Shown piece by piece: positions 7,004-14,876 of a DNA stretch of 40,522 nt. The DNA lies in NCBI GenBank assembly GCA_036495825.1, contig DASXME010000172.1, positions 1 to 40,522 on the forward strand, in the 5' to 3' direction. Made by a program: the position numbers and the translations under genes. Source of the stretch: Streptosporangiaceae bacterium (GTDB taxonomy: Bacteria; Actinomycetota; Actinomycetes; Streptosporangiales; Streptosporangiaceae). How positions within the stretch are numbered: position 1 is the stretch's first letter; every line of letters starts with the position of its first letter. The notes under the pieces were generated by a model that was given only the letters and a program-made list of their open reading frames with translations, was not told the origin of the DNA and ran no database searches.

Positions 7004-9013
7004 TTACCCCATTCCGCGCCGGAACAGCCGGGCCAGTTTGAGCATCTGATCGGGATTGACGCCCGTCACCGCCTGCGCGAGCGCGATGTACGGGTAAGGC
7101 GACACCGGCCACCGGCTGATGGCCTTCGTCGCGTCACGGACGGCGGGTCCTCGCTGGCCGAGCGTTGACCGCGCGAACGCAATCTGCCCGAGCATGCGCG
7201 CGTGGCCGCGCCGGGAGGTGGCGAAGTCCGTGTGCTTGGCCAGCATGTACTCCAGGCCGGGCAGGGCGTTCTCCGATTTTCCGCGGTACCACGAGGTGGC
7301 GTTCTTCCTGATGTTCGCCAGCGGCGCGGCGATCAGGCCGACCCGTCCGGCCCGTGCCGCGCGCAGCACCCAGTCGTAGTCTTCCGAGTAGCCGTTCGGC
7401 AGTTCCTCATCGTAGGGGCCGGCCGAGGCGAACACTTCCCGCCGCATCACGAGCGTCGAGGAGTGCAGTTCCTTCACCCGGTTGCGGAGCAGCAGCTGAT
7501 AGCTGATCTCGTCGGACCGGCCACGCCAGTCATGGATCTTGTCGTCGGGCAGCAGCAGCCTGATGCCGGTGCCGACGACGAGGAGCCCGGGGTCACCGAG
7601 CAGCCGGTCGATCTGGAGCCGGAGCTTGGCCGAGTGCCAGGTGTCGTCGTCGTCGCAGGTGGCGATGAAGTCGCCGCGCGCCAGATCCAGGCCGGTGTTG
7701 CGGGCGCCGGCCAGGCCGGGTGAATGCGTGTTGCCGACCACGCGGACGCTGTGCCGCGGTGTGCCCAGCGCGATCAGGTCCTCATCCGGCGTCTCCCGGT
7801 CATGCACGACGATGATGTCCATGTCGCCCGGGTAGTCTTGCCCGACGACTGAGTTGATCGACTCCCTGACCAGCTCGGGACGCTCACGGGTCGGCATGAT
7901 CACGCTGACCAGCGGGCACGTCTTGTCCTGCTGGGCGGGAGACGGGACCGAAGGCGCCTTCGGCTCTGCCTCGGGCTGCGGCTTGTTGCCGAGCCGCCAG
8001 CCGTAGCGGACCAGCAGCGGGAGACCGACCGTGGTAACGACGGCGCGGTCACGCGGGGACATCCGCATCCGCCAGGCCTCGTCGGCGCGCAGGGTAATCT
8101 CGCCGCTGCTGAACCGGGACGGGTTGCCCGACAGGCCGTGGCTGCTGCCGAGCACGACGCGGCCGTCGCCGATATGCGCCAGGTCCGACGGCTGGGGGAA
8201 AATCCCGATGTCGGCCAGCGCCGACTCGACCGCCTGCCGCGGTGCCACGACGAAATCCTCGTACCGGATCCGGGTGACCTGCAGACCGCAGCGGCGCAGC
8301 AACTCGGCCTGGCCCTGGGTGCCCACCCACCGGGCAGCGGCCTCGGCGGGGATGTTGTTCGACATGTGGTCGGCCTGCGCCACGGCGTGCGGGCGCTCTA
8401 TCTGCTTGGTGAGCGAATGAGCCACCCCCCGCACGTCCCTGACCAGGTGTATCACCCGGATGTCTATCCCCGCGCGGTGCAGCGCGAGCGCCTGGACCGG
8501 CCACTTGCTCGCATCCACCACGTAATCGGCGCCGGCCTGGTCGGCGACGGCCCGGTACAGGGCCCGGTAGCTCTCGCCGTACTCGGCCACCTCGTCGCGG
8601 AAGCTGCCGCCGGCCAGCGGCAGGGCGAGCACCCGCGGCAGATGGCGCTGCCGCGCTATGCGGGTCTGCAGCTGATGAACCGCGGCCAGCTTGTCGGCGT
8701 CCCAGCCGCCGAAGGCGCGCTTGCCCACGCCGGTCCAGAACGGGCAGTCGGCGAAGGCCAGGCCGCAGCCGCATAGCTCGCCGCGCGGTGCGGTGCGGCG
8801 CCACAGGTCGATGAGCTCGCCGACGTTGACCAGGCCCGGTATGTCGCCGAGGACCCGTTCAAGCAGCGTGCTACCGGACCGGCCCGATCCCGCGATGTAG
8901 ATGACGGTCGGGTCGTGGCCACCGGCGGGCCGCCCCGCGTCCGTGCCGGACGCGGTCGCAGCACCCGGGGCCGTCATGACGGTTCCGGGTAGCTGCCTGC
9001 CCCTGCGGCTCAT
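7004..9013 (-). CDS. Bifunctional fusion: N-terminal sulfotransferase domain plus C-terminal family-2 glycosyltransferase domain
   Basis: The N-terminal part (about nt 8910-7993) has IYIAGSGRSGSTLLERVLG and VIHLVRDVRGVAHS. A Pro/Ala/Gln linker NKPQPEAEPKAPSVPSPAQQDKT follows (about 7992-7920). The C-terminal part has VSVIMPTRERPELVRESINSVVGQDY, DIIVVHDRE, GLAGARNTGL and the DxD-type ATCDDDDTW. AGGAGG lies upstream of ATG 9013. Confidence 0.85.
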   Translation of the reverse strand: MSRRGRQLPGTVMTAPGAATASGTDAGRPAGGHDPTVIYIAGSGRSGSTLLERVLGDIPGLVNVGELIDLWRRTAPRGELCGCGLAFADCPFWTGVGKRAFGGWDADKLAAVHQLQTRIARQRHLPRVLALPLAGGSFRDEVAEYGESYRALYRAVADQAGADYVVDASKWPVQALALHRAGIDIRVIHLVRDVRGVAHSLTKQIERPHAVAQADHMSNNIPAEAAARWVGTQGQAELLRRCGLQVTRIRYEDFVVAPRQAVESALADIGIFPQPSDLAHIGDGRVVLGSSHGLSGNPSRFSSGEITLRADEAWRMRMSPRDRAVVTTVGLPLLVRYGWRLGNKPQPEAEPKAPSVPSPAQQDKTCPLVSVIMPTRERPELVRESINSVVGQDYPGDMDIIVVHDRETPDEDLIALGTPRHSVRVVGNTHSPGLAGARNTGLDLARGDFIATCDDDDTWHSAKLRLQIDRLLGDPGLLVVGTGIRLLLPDDKIHDWRGRSDEISYQLLLRNRVKELHSSTLVMRREVFASAGPYDEELPNGYSEDYDWVLRAARAGRVGLIAAPLANIRKNATSWYRGKSENALPGLEYMLAKHTDFATSRRGHARMLGQIAFARSTLGQRGPAVRDATKAISRWPVSPYPYIALAQAVTGVNPDQMLKLARLFRRGMG

Positions 9014-9182
9014 GGCAGAACCTCCTGGTTGCGATTTTGCCGACGGGATCTGGCCGACGCCGTGGACGGCGGTGCGGCCGTCCCAGCTACCTGGTCACAG
9101 ATGAAGTACGCGTCTGCTAGAAACCCTACTGTGCTTGCTGGGCGAGCTGTGTTCTGCGTGAGTCCGGGAGGTAAACACATGG

Positions 9183-10124
9183 TTATGCGTAGCCAAGCTG
9201 GGCCAGCAGCGGTCCGATTTCATGCTCGACGTCGGCGACCTGGCTCTCGTCGAGAACCTTGCGCCACCGGCCCACCGAGTCCGGTCGCGCCCGGGCCAGG
9301 CCCGCGCGCAGTGCCTCGAGCCCGTCCGGCGAGGTCTCGAGGAACGTGCCGAGCTGGTCGGCGGCGGTCATCGGGTCCGACACCACGGACTCGTACCGTA
9401 TCTCGACCCAGCGGTCGGCCGGCAGCGTGCCGAGCCCGGCCAGCGCGGCCTCGGTGAACCGCCGCCAGCACCAGGCCGTCCGCACGATGTCGGGGACCTT
9501 GGCGAACTCGTCACGACGGTCCTGCTCCACCCACCACCTGGCGGCGGGTCCCCACAGCGCTCCGCCGCGGCCGTGCTTGTCCTGGCCCGCGGAGGCGGCC
9601 TGCAGCCACGGCTGCTCGGCGTGCGAGACGGCGACGTCGCGGCCGTCCCTGATGATGTGCACGAATTGCGCGCTCGGCATGGTTTCGGCCAGAAACGGCA
9701 CGATGAAGCTGTTCTCCGGATTTTTGTCGGCGAAGCGCCGCCCGCCGTGCAACCCGGCGAGCAGCAGCGACGAGTACGAGAGCCGGAACACCGCCGAGCC
9801 GTGCCGTTCGCTCCACGACCGGTCGTAGACGCACCGGGCGGCGGCCTTCGTCAGCCGGGGCTCGAAGTGGTAGGACACCTCGGGCAGCCGGCCGAGGCAG
9901 GTGCCGAGGAACGTAGTGCCTGACCTCGGTGCGCCGATGATGAACAGCGGGCGGTGCAGCCTCGGGTCGAGCGCGCGGCTCGTGGGCCGCTTGCGCAGCG
10001 TCGGGTCCCGCCGGCGGTCGCGTACGTCGGAGTAGAGGCCGAGCGCGCCGAGCCTGAGCATCTGGCGCCAGCCGAGACCGCCCGGCGGCGCCGCGCCGTT
10101 GGATTCGGTGGGGATGGGTGCCAT
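9183..10124 (-). CDS. PAPS-dependent sulfotransferase family protein
   Basis: LFIIGAPRSGTTFLGTCLGRLP (5'-PSB) and VHIIRDGRDVAVSH (3'-PB-like). GAGG lies upstream of ATG 10124. Confidence 0.8.
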   Translation of the reverse strand: MAPIPTESNGAAPPGGLGWRQMLRLGALGLYSDVRDRRRDPTLRKRPTSRALDPRLHRPLFIIGAPRSGTTFLGTCLGRLPEVSYHFEPRLTKAAARCVYDRSWSERHGSAVFRLSYSSLLLAGLHGGRRFADKNPENSFIVPFLAETMPSAQFVHIIRDGRDVAVSHAEQPWLQAASAGQDKHGRGGALWGPAARWWVEQDRRDEFAKVPDIVRTAWCWRRFTEAALAGLGTLPADRWVEIRYESVVSDPMTAADQLGTFLETSPDGLEALRAGLARARPDSVGRWRKVLDESQVADVEHEIGPLLAQLGYA

Positions 10125-10155
10125 GGTTAACCTCGTGCCGGTTCCTGGGATGCCC

Positions 10156-10330
10156 GATGTTACCGGGCGGTCGCTATCGCTATCGGAAACTCATTCAAAA
10201 CCGAAGGACGGGTCAGCGTAGCCTCAGGTCATCCCAGGCTGCATTGATAATCAATCGAAGTTCGAATAAGTTTCCCGGTCACTAGACCGGAATCCCTGAT
10301 GTTACCGGGTGGCTGCTGCACGTTACCGGG
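10156..10330 (-). promoter_or_regulatory. Candidate promoter/operator region: three copies of GTTACCGGG (two as exact 12-mers GATGTTACCGGG) around a 13-bp perfect palindrome ATTGATAATCAAT
   Basis: 12-mers at 10156-10167 and 10298-10309, third copy at 10322-10330, palindrome at 10243-10255, tandem gctatc x2 at 10172-10183. This is the AT-richer intergenic region just upstream of the sulfotransferase gene block. Confidence 0.35.
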
Positions 10331-11708
10331 CCACTCCCAGTGGCAGCCGTGCCACCTCGCTGGCCAGTGCGGGAATGAGCCACTCGCCAGGGTCGCCGTG
10401 CCGCGCTCCGGCCTTAGCCTGCCGGTCGACCAGGTACCGGACGCTCAGGTCGGCCAGGTACAGGGCCGCGGTCAGCCGGGCCTGCGGTGCCTCGATCCCG
10501 AACGGCGCGGTGACCAGCGCGGCGTGCTCGATGCATGCGCTCGCGGTGGTGAGGGGATCGCCGTGCCCGGGACCGATCTGGACCTGCATCCAGTGATGCA
10601 GCGCGTCGAATCCGAGCGGGGCGTCGGGATCGTATCGCTCCCAGTCCCAGACCAGCATCCCGCCCTGCGTGGTCGCCATGTTCCACGGCGACCAGTCGCC
10701 GTGCCAGGCTCCGTAGGACAGGACGGTGTCACCCGCCCGCTCTGCCAGGCTGTCGAGCGCGTGCTGCAGCGCCGTCCGGTTGGCACCGGCGTCGGCGTCG
10801 GCGAGCCGCAGGCGCAGCTGCCTCAGGTACGTGCTGCTCGCCAGCTCGGCCCGTCGCAGCCCGTCCACACTCGCGATCTCGCTCATGGCGGCGACCAGCC
10901 GGGCGGCCGGCGCGGGCCGGCTGCGCTGCCAGGCGGGGAGCGCGCCGAGGACCAGGACGTCCAGGCCGTGCCACTGACCGTAGTGCAGCACCGGCGCAAC
11001 CTTGATCTCGGTCAGGTCGGCGCGGCCGAGCCGGACGAGCGCGTCGTGCTCGGTGCGCACGAGATCCCGGGTGAGCGAATTGATGCCGATCTTGACGTAG
11101 CCGACAGGTTCGCCGGTCGGCGACAGCAACTGGAGTACCGGCTTGCGGTTGGCCCGGGGCCGGCCGATGAACATGCTGACCCGGAGCTCGCGCGACATCA
11201 CGTTCCGCAGGTACGACTCGATGTTGTCCGGCTGCGGCGCCTCCGCCACCCGGATCCGGCCGCGGATCACGCTGGTGCCGAGCCCGCTGGCCAGGCCGGC
11301 CGACAGCGCCCTGATGGCCAGCCGGGCCGAGAGCGATCCCGACCGGCTGAAGTGCCGTACCGCGGAGGCAGCCAGGCGCGGAACGGTGGGCACGAGCAGC
11401 GGCGGCCGGCCCGGTCCGGAGATGAGCATGAACTCATGCTCCCGGTGCCGCCGCGGCGCGTGGCTGGCCGGCCCGGCGAAGGGCTGCTGTGATCCTGAGC
11501 CGATCCCGTCCAGGGTGACCCGGTCCGGCGGCGGCCAGAGCAGCTCGCAGACATCCTGCAGGTAGGCCGGCCACTCCCGGCTATCGGCTTGTGCCATGAT
11601 CGCCTCGTCGCGCTCAGTGGGCGGAGCCGCGGGGAACGTAACGGAGCTCGCCGCGCCGGACAGAGGCGAAACGGTGACCGCGTGATCGATATTAGTCATA
11701 TCTATCAT
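10323..11708 (-). CDS. Aminoglycoside-phosphotransferase-like (APH/choline-kinase fold) kinase
   Basis: Catalytic-loop and Mg-binding signature GAWHGDWSPWNMATTQGGMLVWDWERY (HGDxxxxN ... DWE). The start is taken as ATG 11708, which forms an ATGA overlap with the stop (11705-11707) of the upstream PAP2-like gene. The ORF track extends to 11921. Confidence 0.7.
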   Translation of the reverse strand: MIDMTNIDHAVTVSPLSGAASSVTFPAAPPTERDEAIMAQADSREWPAYLQDVCELLWPPPDRVTLDGIGSGSQQPFAGPASHAPRRHREHEFMLISGPGRPPLLVPTVPRLAASAVRHFSRSGSLSARLAIRALSAGLASGLGTSVIRGRIRVAEAPQPDNIESYLRNVMSRELRVSMFIGRPRANRKPVLQLLSPTGEPVGYVKIGINSLTRDLVRTEHDALVRLGRADLTEIKVAPVLHYGQWHGLDVLVLGALPAWQRSRPAPAARLVAAMSEIASVDGLRRAELASSTYLRQLRLRLADADAGANRTALQHALDSLAERAGDTVLSYGAWHGDWSPWNMATTQGGMLVWDWERYDPDAPLGFDALHHWMQVQIGPGHGDPLTTASACIEHAALVTAPFGIEAPQARLTAALYLADLSVRYLVDRQAKAGARHGDPGEWLIPALASEVARLPLGVAR

Positions 11709-12667
11709 TCGCCCCCTGACGCCGAGACTGATTGCGCAGTCCAGCTCTCCGCGTTTACGTGCTCCGGACGTGTACCCCTCCGCACATGCACCCCACCGCG
11801 GGGAGCGTGCGCGAAAGTGCGGTCGGCTGCCATGGCCGGCGCGGGGGCGAGTCCAGCGGTAAGACGCACGGCAGTTATGAATAGGTAAAGCAGCAGACAA
11901 CCGTAGATTAGCCCGCCGCAAATATCGGTAAACCAGTGTACGGCGAGGTAACCCCGGCTGTATCCCTCATTGAAGGCGAGAGCGGCCACTACCGCCCCGG
12001 TCCAGATCGCGGCGCGCCGCCGGGCCGCGGGCGTTGCCCCGCCGAATTCACGCCAGAGCAGGTAGCCGATGAGCCCGTAGATGAACACCGCCCTGGCGCA
12101 CCCGCCGGACGGGAAGATGCCGCCCGCCCCGGGCGGCGGGACCCGGTGGACGGTGTGGTTGATGGCCCGGGTGAGGTAGCGCGCGAGCACGAGCGCCGTC
12201 CCGATCGCGACCGGCGGCAGCCAGCGATCCCGGCGCCAGGTGATGGCCATGCATACGGCGGCCATCGCGCCGGCGGCCCAGATCGGGTACCTGTCGCCGA
12301 CCTCGGTGGCGCGCTTCATCTCTTTCGTCCAGTGCGCAAGCTGGTGGGTGGCGGTCCAGTGAAAGATCGGCTTGTCGATCACCGGGCCGCCGTGCACCGC
12401 CGCCAGCGCCAGCAGCACCATGACGCCGTAGATTACCGCCGCGCCGCCCAGCACGAGGAGGAAGAACCGGATGATCCGCCGGGATGCGGGCGGCAGGTCG
12501 CGGTGGCCTGCGGCCGCGCCGCCGCCGCGGGCGGAGTGGCCGTTGACGGAGGACTGAGGGCTGGCGGCGGCCGACACGGGCCGCGACCGCCTGGCGAGCA
12601 GTGCGGCGGCACAGAAGATGACCGCGACACCAGCGGGCCAGAGCAGCACCGCCAACCACTTGGTCAT
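11705..12667 (-). CDS. Integral membrane PAP2-superfamily phosphatase-like protein
   Basis: Hydrophobic throughout. A perfect C3 motif SRGYLAVHWFTD (SRx5Hx3D), a C2-like FPSGG (Gly where the PSGH His is expected) and a loose C1 (RAINHTVHRVP). AGGAGAG lies upstream of ATG 12667. Confidence 0.55.
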   Translation of the reverse strand: MTKWLAVLLWPAGVAVIFCAAALLARRSRPVSAAASPQSSVNGHSARGGGAAAGHRDLPPASRRIIRFFLLVLGGAAVIYGVMVLLALAAVHGGPVIDKPIFHWTATHQLAHWTKEMKRATEVGDRYPIWAAGAMAAVCMAITWRRDRWLPPVAIGTALVLARYLTRAINHTVHRVPPPGAGGIFPSGGCARAVFIYGLIGYLLWREFGGATPAARRRAAIWTGAVVAALAFNEGYSRGYLAVHWFTDICGGLIYGCLLLYLFITAVRLTAGLAPAPAMAADRTFAHAPRGGVHVRRGTRPEHVNAESWTAQSVSASGGE

Positions 12668-12901
12668 TTCTCTCCTGGCCCTTTAGCTCCGCTTTGCCCG
12701 CCGTTGGCCTGCAAGCCCCCCGCAGGTCACACTGTCTTCCATGAGTAAGACTCCCGAGGGAGGCGATTGGGTCACACGCATCCGGCATCTTTTTTCATTC
12801 CCCGGAAGATCTGGCTGCGCGGGCCCAGGTCAGAAGCAAAGATTCACTCAGCGTAACTCAGTGAGGCCCCGGCCGGCCGGCCCGATGACAACAAACTGGC
12901 A

Positions 12902-14839
12902 TCAATGCGCCGATAAGTCGCTGGACGTGCGCACCTGCCGTACCCGGCGGGCGAGGGACGACACTCCGGGCATCGTCGACAGCTTGAGCACGCCGCCGAA
13001 TTTCCACAGCCCGGCCAGGTAGGCAAGGCTCCCGGCCACGATAGAGATCCCCAGGGACACGAAGCCGGGCCCGATCGCGATGCGGAACAGCCCCGGGATG
13101 GCGCCGAAGCACACCGCGCACAGCGCGCAGGCGGTGAACGTGCCGCGCCCGATGGGATGCAGCCGGAACACCACTGCCAGCTGGATCAGCGGCATCAGGT
13201 TGCTCACCACGATGGCCACGGCCCAGCCGATCGCGGCACCGGTGATCCCGTACCTGGGGATCAGCGCCAGGTCCACGCCGATGTTCACGCCGACGGCCAG
13301 CAGGCCGTTCACCAGGCTCCAGCTGCTGCGCCCGGTGGTGATCAGGACCATGTCGACCTGGCCGCAGGCCGACGCGAATAGCTGGGTGAGGCCGAGGATG
13401 ATCATCACGGTGGCCCCGGCGTCGTAGCCCTTGCCGAATACGGCCAGCACCGCGGGCCCGTAGATCACCGCCAGCAGGTACAGCGGCCAGGTGAGCAGGA
13501 TGAGCCAGCCGGTGGTGACCAGGTAGATGACGTTCGCGTTGCGCTTGTCGCCGGCCGTGAACAGCTCGGTGAACCGGGGCTGGGCCGCCGTGCTGATCGC
13601 CATGTTCCCGAGCTGGCCCGCGACCAGGAACCTGGTGGCCGCGGTGTACACGGCCGCGGCGAGCGGTCCCTTGATGAGGGCCACCAGCACGATGTCCATC
13701 CGCTGCAGGATGATCGACGCGAGGTTCGCGACGGCCCGCGGCGTGGTGAACCGCCAGAAGCCCTTGGGGTTCGCGTTGGCCAGCTGGCGCTGTGCCATCC
13801 GCCTGCCGGTGCGGGTGTCTTCCGGCCGCCGGACCGGCCGCCCGCTGTCGGGCGACCGTCCCCAGGCCGGCGAGGGCACCGGAGTGGACAGCGCGAGCAG
13901 CGCGGCGACCTCGGGCGGGAGGTCGGGCATGGTCGCGCGCCGCGGCCCCTTCCGGCGGCGGACGCGGCGCAGCCACACGTAGGAGATGACCGCGGCCGGG
14001 ATCCAGGGGAGCGCCCACAGCGGCGCGAGCAGCGTGGCGCTGCCCGCCCCCACCGCGACCGCCATGCACGCCACCTGGAGGAGCGGCCGGCCGATCTTCT
14101 CCACCATGACGGTGGGCCGCATGTCGCGGTAGCCCCGGGTGGCGCCGAGGAACGTGTTCTCCAGCGCCGCGAACAGCAGCGTGAGGCTCAGCAGGCGCAG
14201 CGCCTCGGCCACGGCCCCGGGACTGGCGGCGGCACCGCCCTTGCTCCCTGAATTCTTGGCCAGCAGCACGTGCGCCAGCGGTCCGGCGAAGGCGAGCATG
14301 CCGATCGTGAGCAGCACCGAGCCCACGATCACCGGGATCACCGCGGCGCGCGCGATGGCCCGGATCCTGCGCTCCTCGCCGAGCGAGCGCAGCCGGGCGA
14401 TGAAGTAGACCAGGCCGACGTTGGCGCCGAGCGTGGCCAGCGCCTGGACGATCAGGTAGGCCGAGGTCGCGGTGAAGAACGCGCCCGCGATGGTCTTGTC
14501 AAAGCGATTGGTGACCATGACGGAGACGGCCAGCGTCGCCACTGCGGAAACGGCAGCGCCCAGGATGTTGAGCGTGCCGCCCCTGGCCACCTCGGCGAGC
14601 TGCGGCTTCCCGGACTGATCCTGACCCGCTCCGGCCTTTCCCGGCCCGGCCGGGCCCGGCCCGCTCCCTCCGGCCCGGCCCGTACGAGGCTGATGCGCCG
14701 GACCGGCCGGCCCCGCGCCGCGCTGGCCGACCGCGCTCGTCGCGCCCGGCCTGCCTCGAGCGCCGGATCCGGCCTGCGCGGATGCCTCACCGGGCGGGGC
14801 ACCCGGCCCCGATCCCGCTGCCTCGGAACGTCCTCTCAC
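12902..14839 (-). CDS. Polysaccharide biosynthesis protein / Wzx-type oligosaccharide flippase (MOP superfamily) with a Gly/Pro/Ala-rich N-terminal extension
   Basis: About 100 aa of low-complexity sequence, then many hydrophobic helices (LNILGAAVSAVATLAVSVMVTNRF...AGAFFTATSAYLIVQALATLGANVGLVYFIARL...). A basic central loop and a second helix bundle ending ...LAYLAGLWKFGG. This layout is typical of Wzx-like flippases. Confidence 0.7.
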   Translation of the reverse strand: MRGRSEAAGSGPGAPPGEASAQAGSGARGRPGATSAVGQRGAGPAGPAHQPRTGRAGGSGPGPAGPGKAGAGQDQSGKPQLAEVARGGTLNILGAAVSAVATLAVSVMVTNRFDKTIAGAFFTATSAYLIVQALATLGANVGLVYFIARLRSLGEERRIRAIARAAVIPVIVGSVLLTIGMLAFAGPLAHVLLAKNSGSKGGAAASPGAVAEALRLLSLTLLFAALENTFLGATRGYRDMRPTVMVEKIGRPLLQVACMAVAVGAGSATLLAPLWALPWIPAAVISYVWLRRVRRRKGPRRATMPDLPPEVAALLALSTPVPSPAWGRSPDSGRPVRRPEDTRTGRRMAQRQLANANPKGFWRFTTPRAVANLASIILQRMDIVLVALIKGPLAAAVYTAATRFLVAGQLGNMAISTAAQPRFTELFTAGDKRNANVIYLVTTGWLILLTWPLYLLAVIYGPAVLAVFGKGYDAGATVMIILGLTQLFASACGQVDMVLITTGRSSWSLVNGLLAVGVNIGVDLALIPRYGITGAAIGWAVAIVVSNLMPLIQLAVVFRLHPIGRGTFTACALCAVCFGAIPGLFRIAIGPGFVSLGISIVAGSLAYLAGLWKFGGVLKLSTMPGVSSLARRVRQVRTSSDLSAH

Positions 14840-14876
14840 CCGTGCCAGCTTGACGGCACCCCCCTACCCCGGGCGG

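Noticed and set aside
5687-7168. 493-aa ORF on the plus strand across the sulfotransferase genes
   Set aside because: It lies antisense to two well-supported sulfotransferase CDSs. Its translation is Arg/Gly/Ala/Pro/Val-rich with no recognisable motifs, which is the typical shadow ORF of very GC-rich DNA.
11709-11921. Upstream 71 codons of the kinase ORF as given in the ORF track
   Set aside because: This stretch overlaps the 3' end of the PAP2-like gene and translates to an Arg-rich, non-protein-like sequence. ATG 11708 forms a classic ATGA stop/start overlap.
12668-12901. 234-nt gap between the flippase and PAP2-like genes, including the small ORF 12741-13022, as a possible hidden gene or sRNA
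   Set aside because: The small ORF overlaps the flippase 3' end and has no motif or RBS. No convincing terminator or conserved structure was seen. It is most simply an internal promoter or spacer region.
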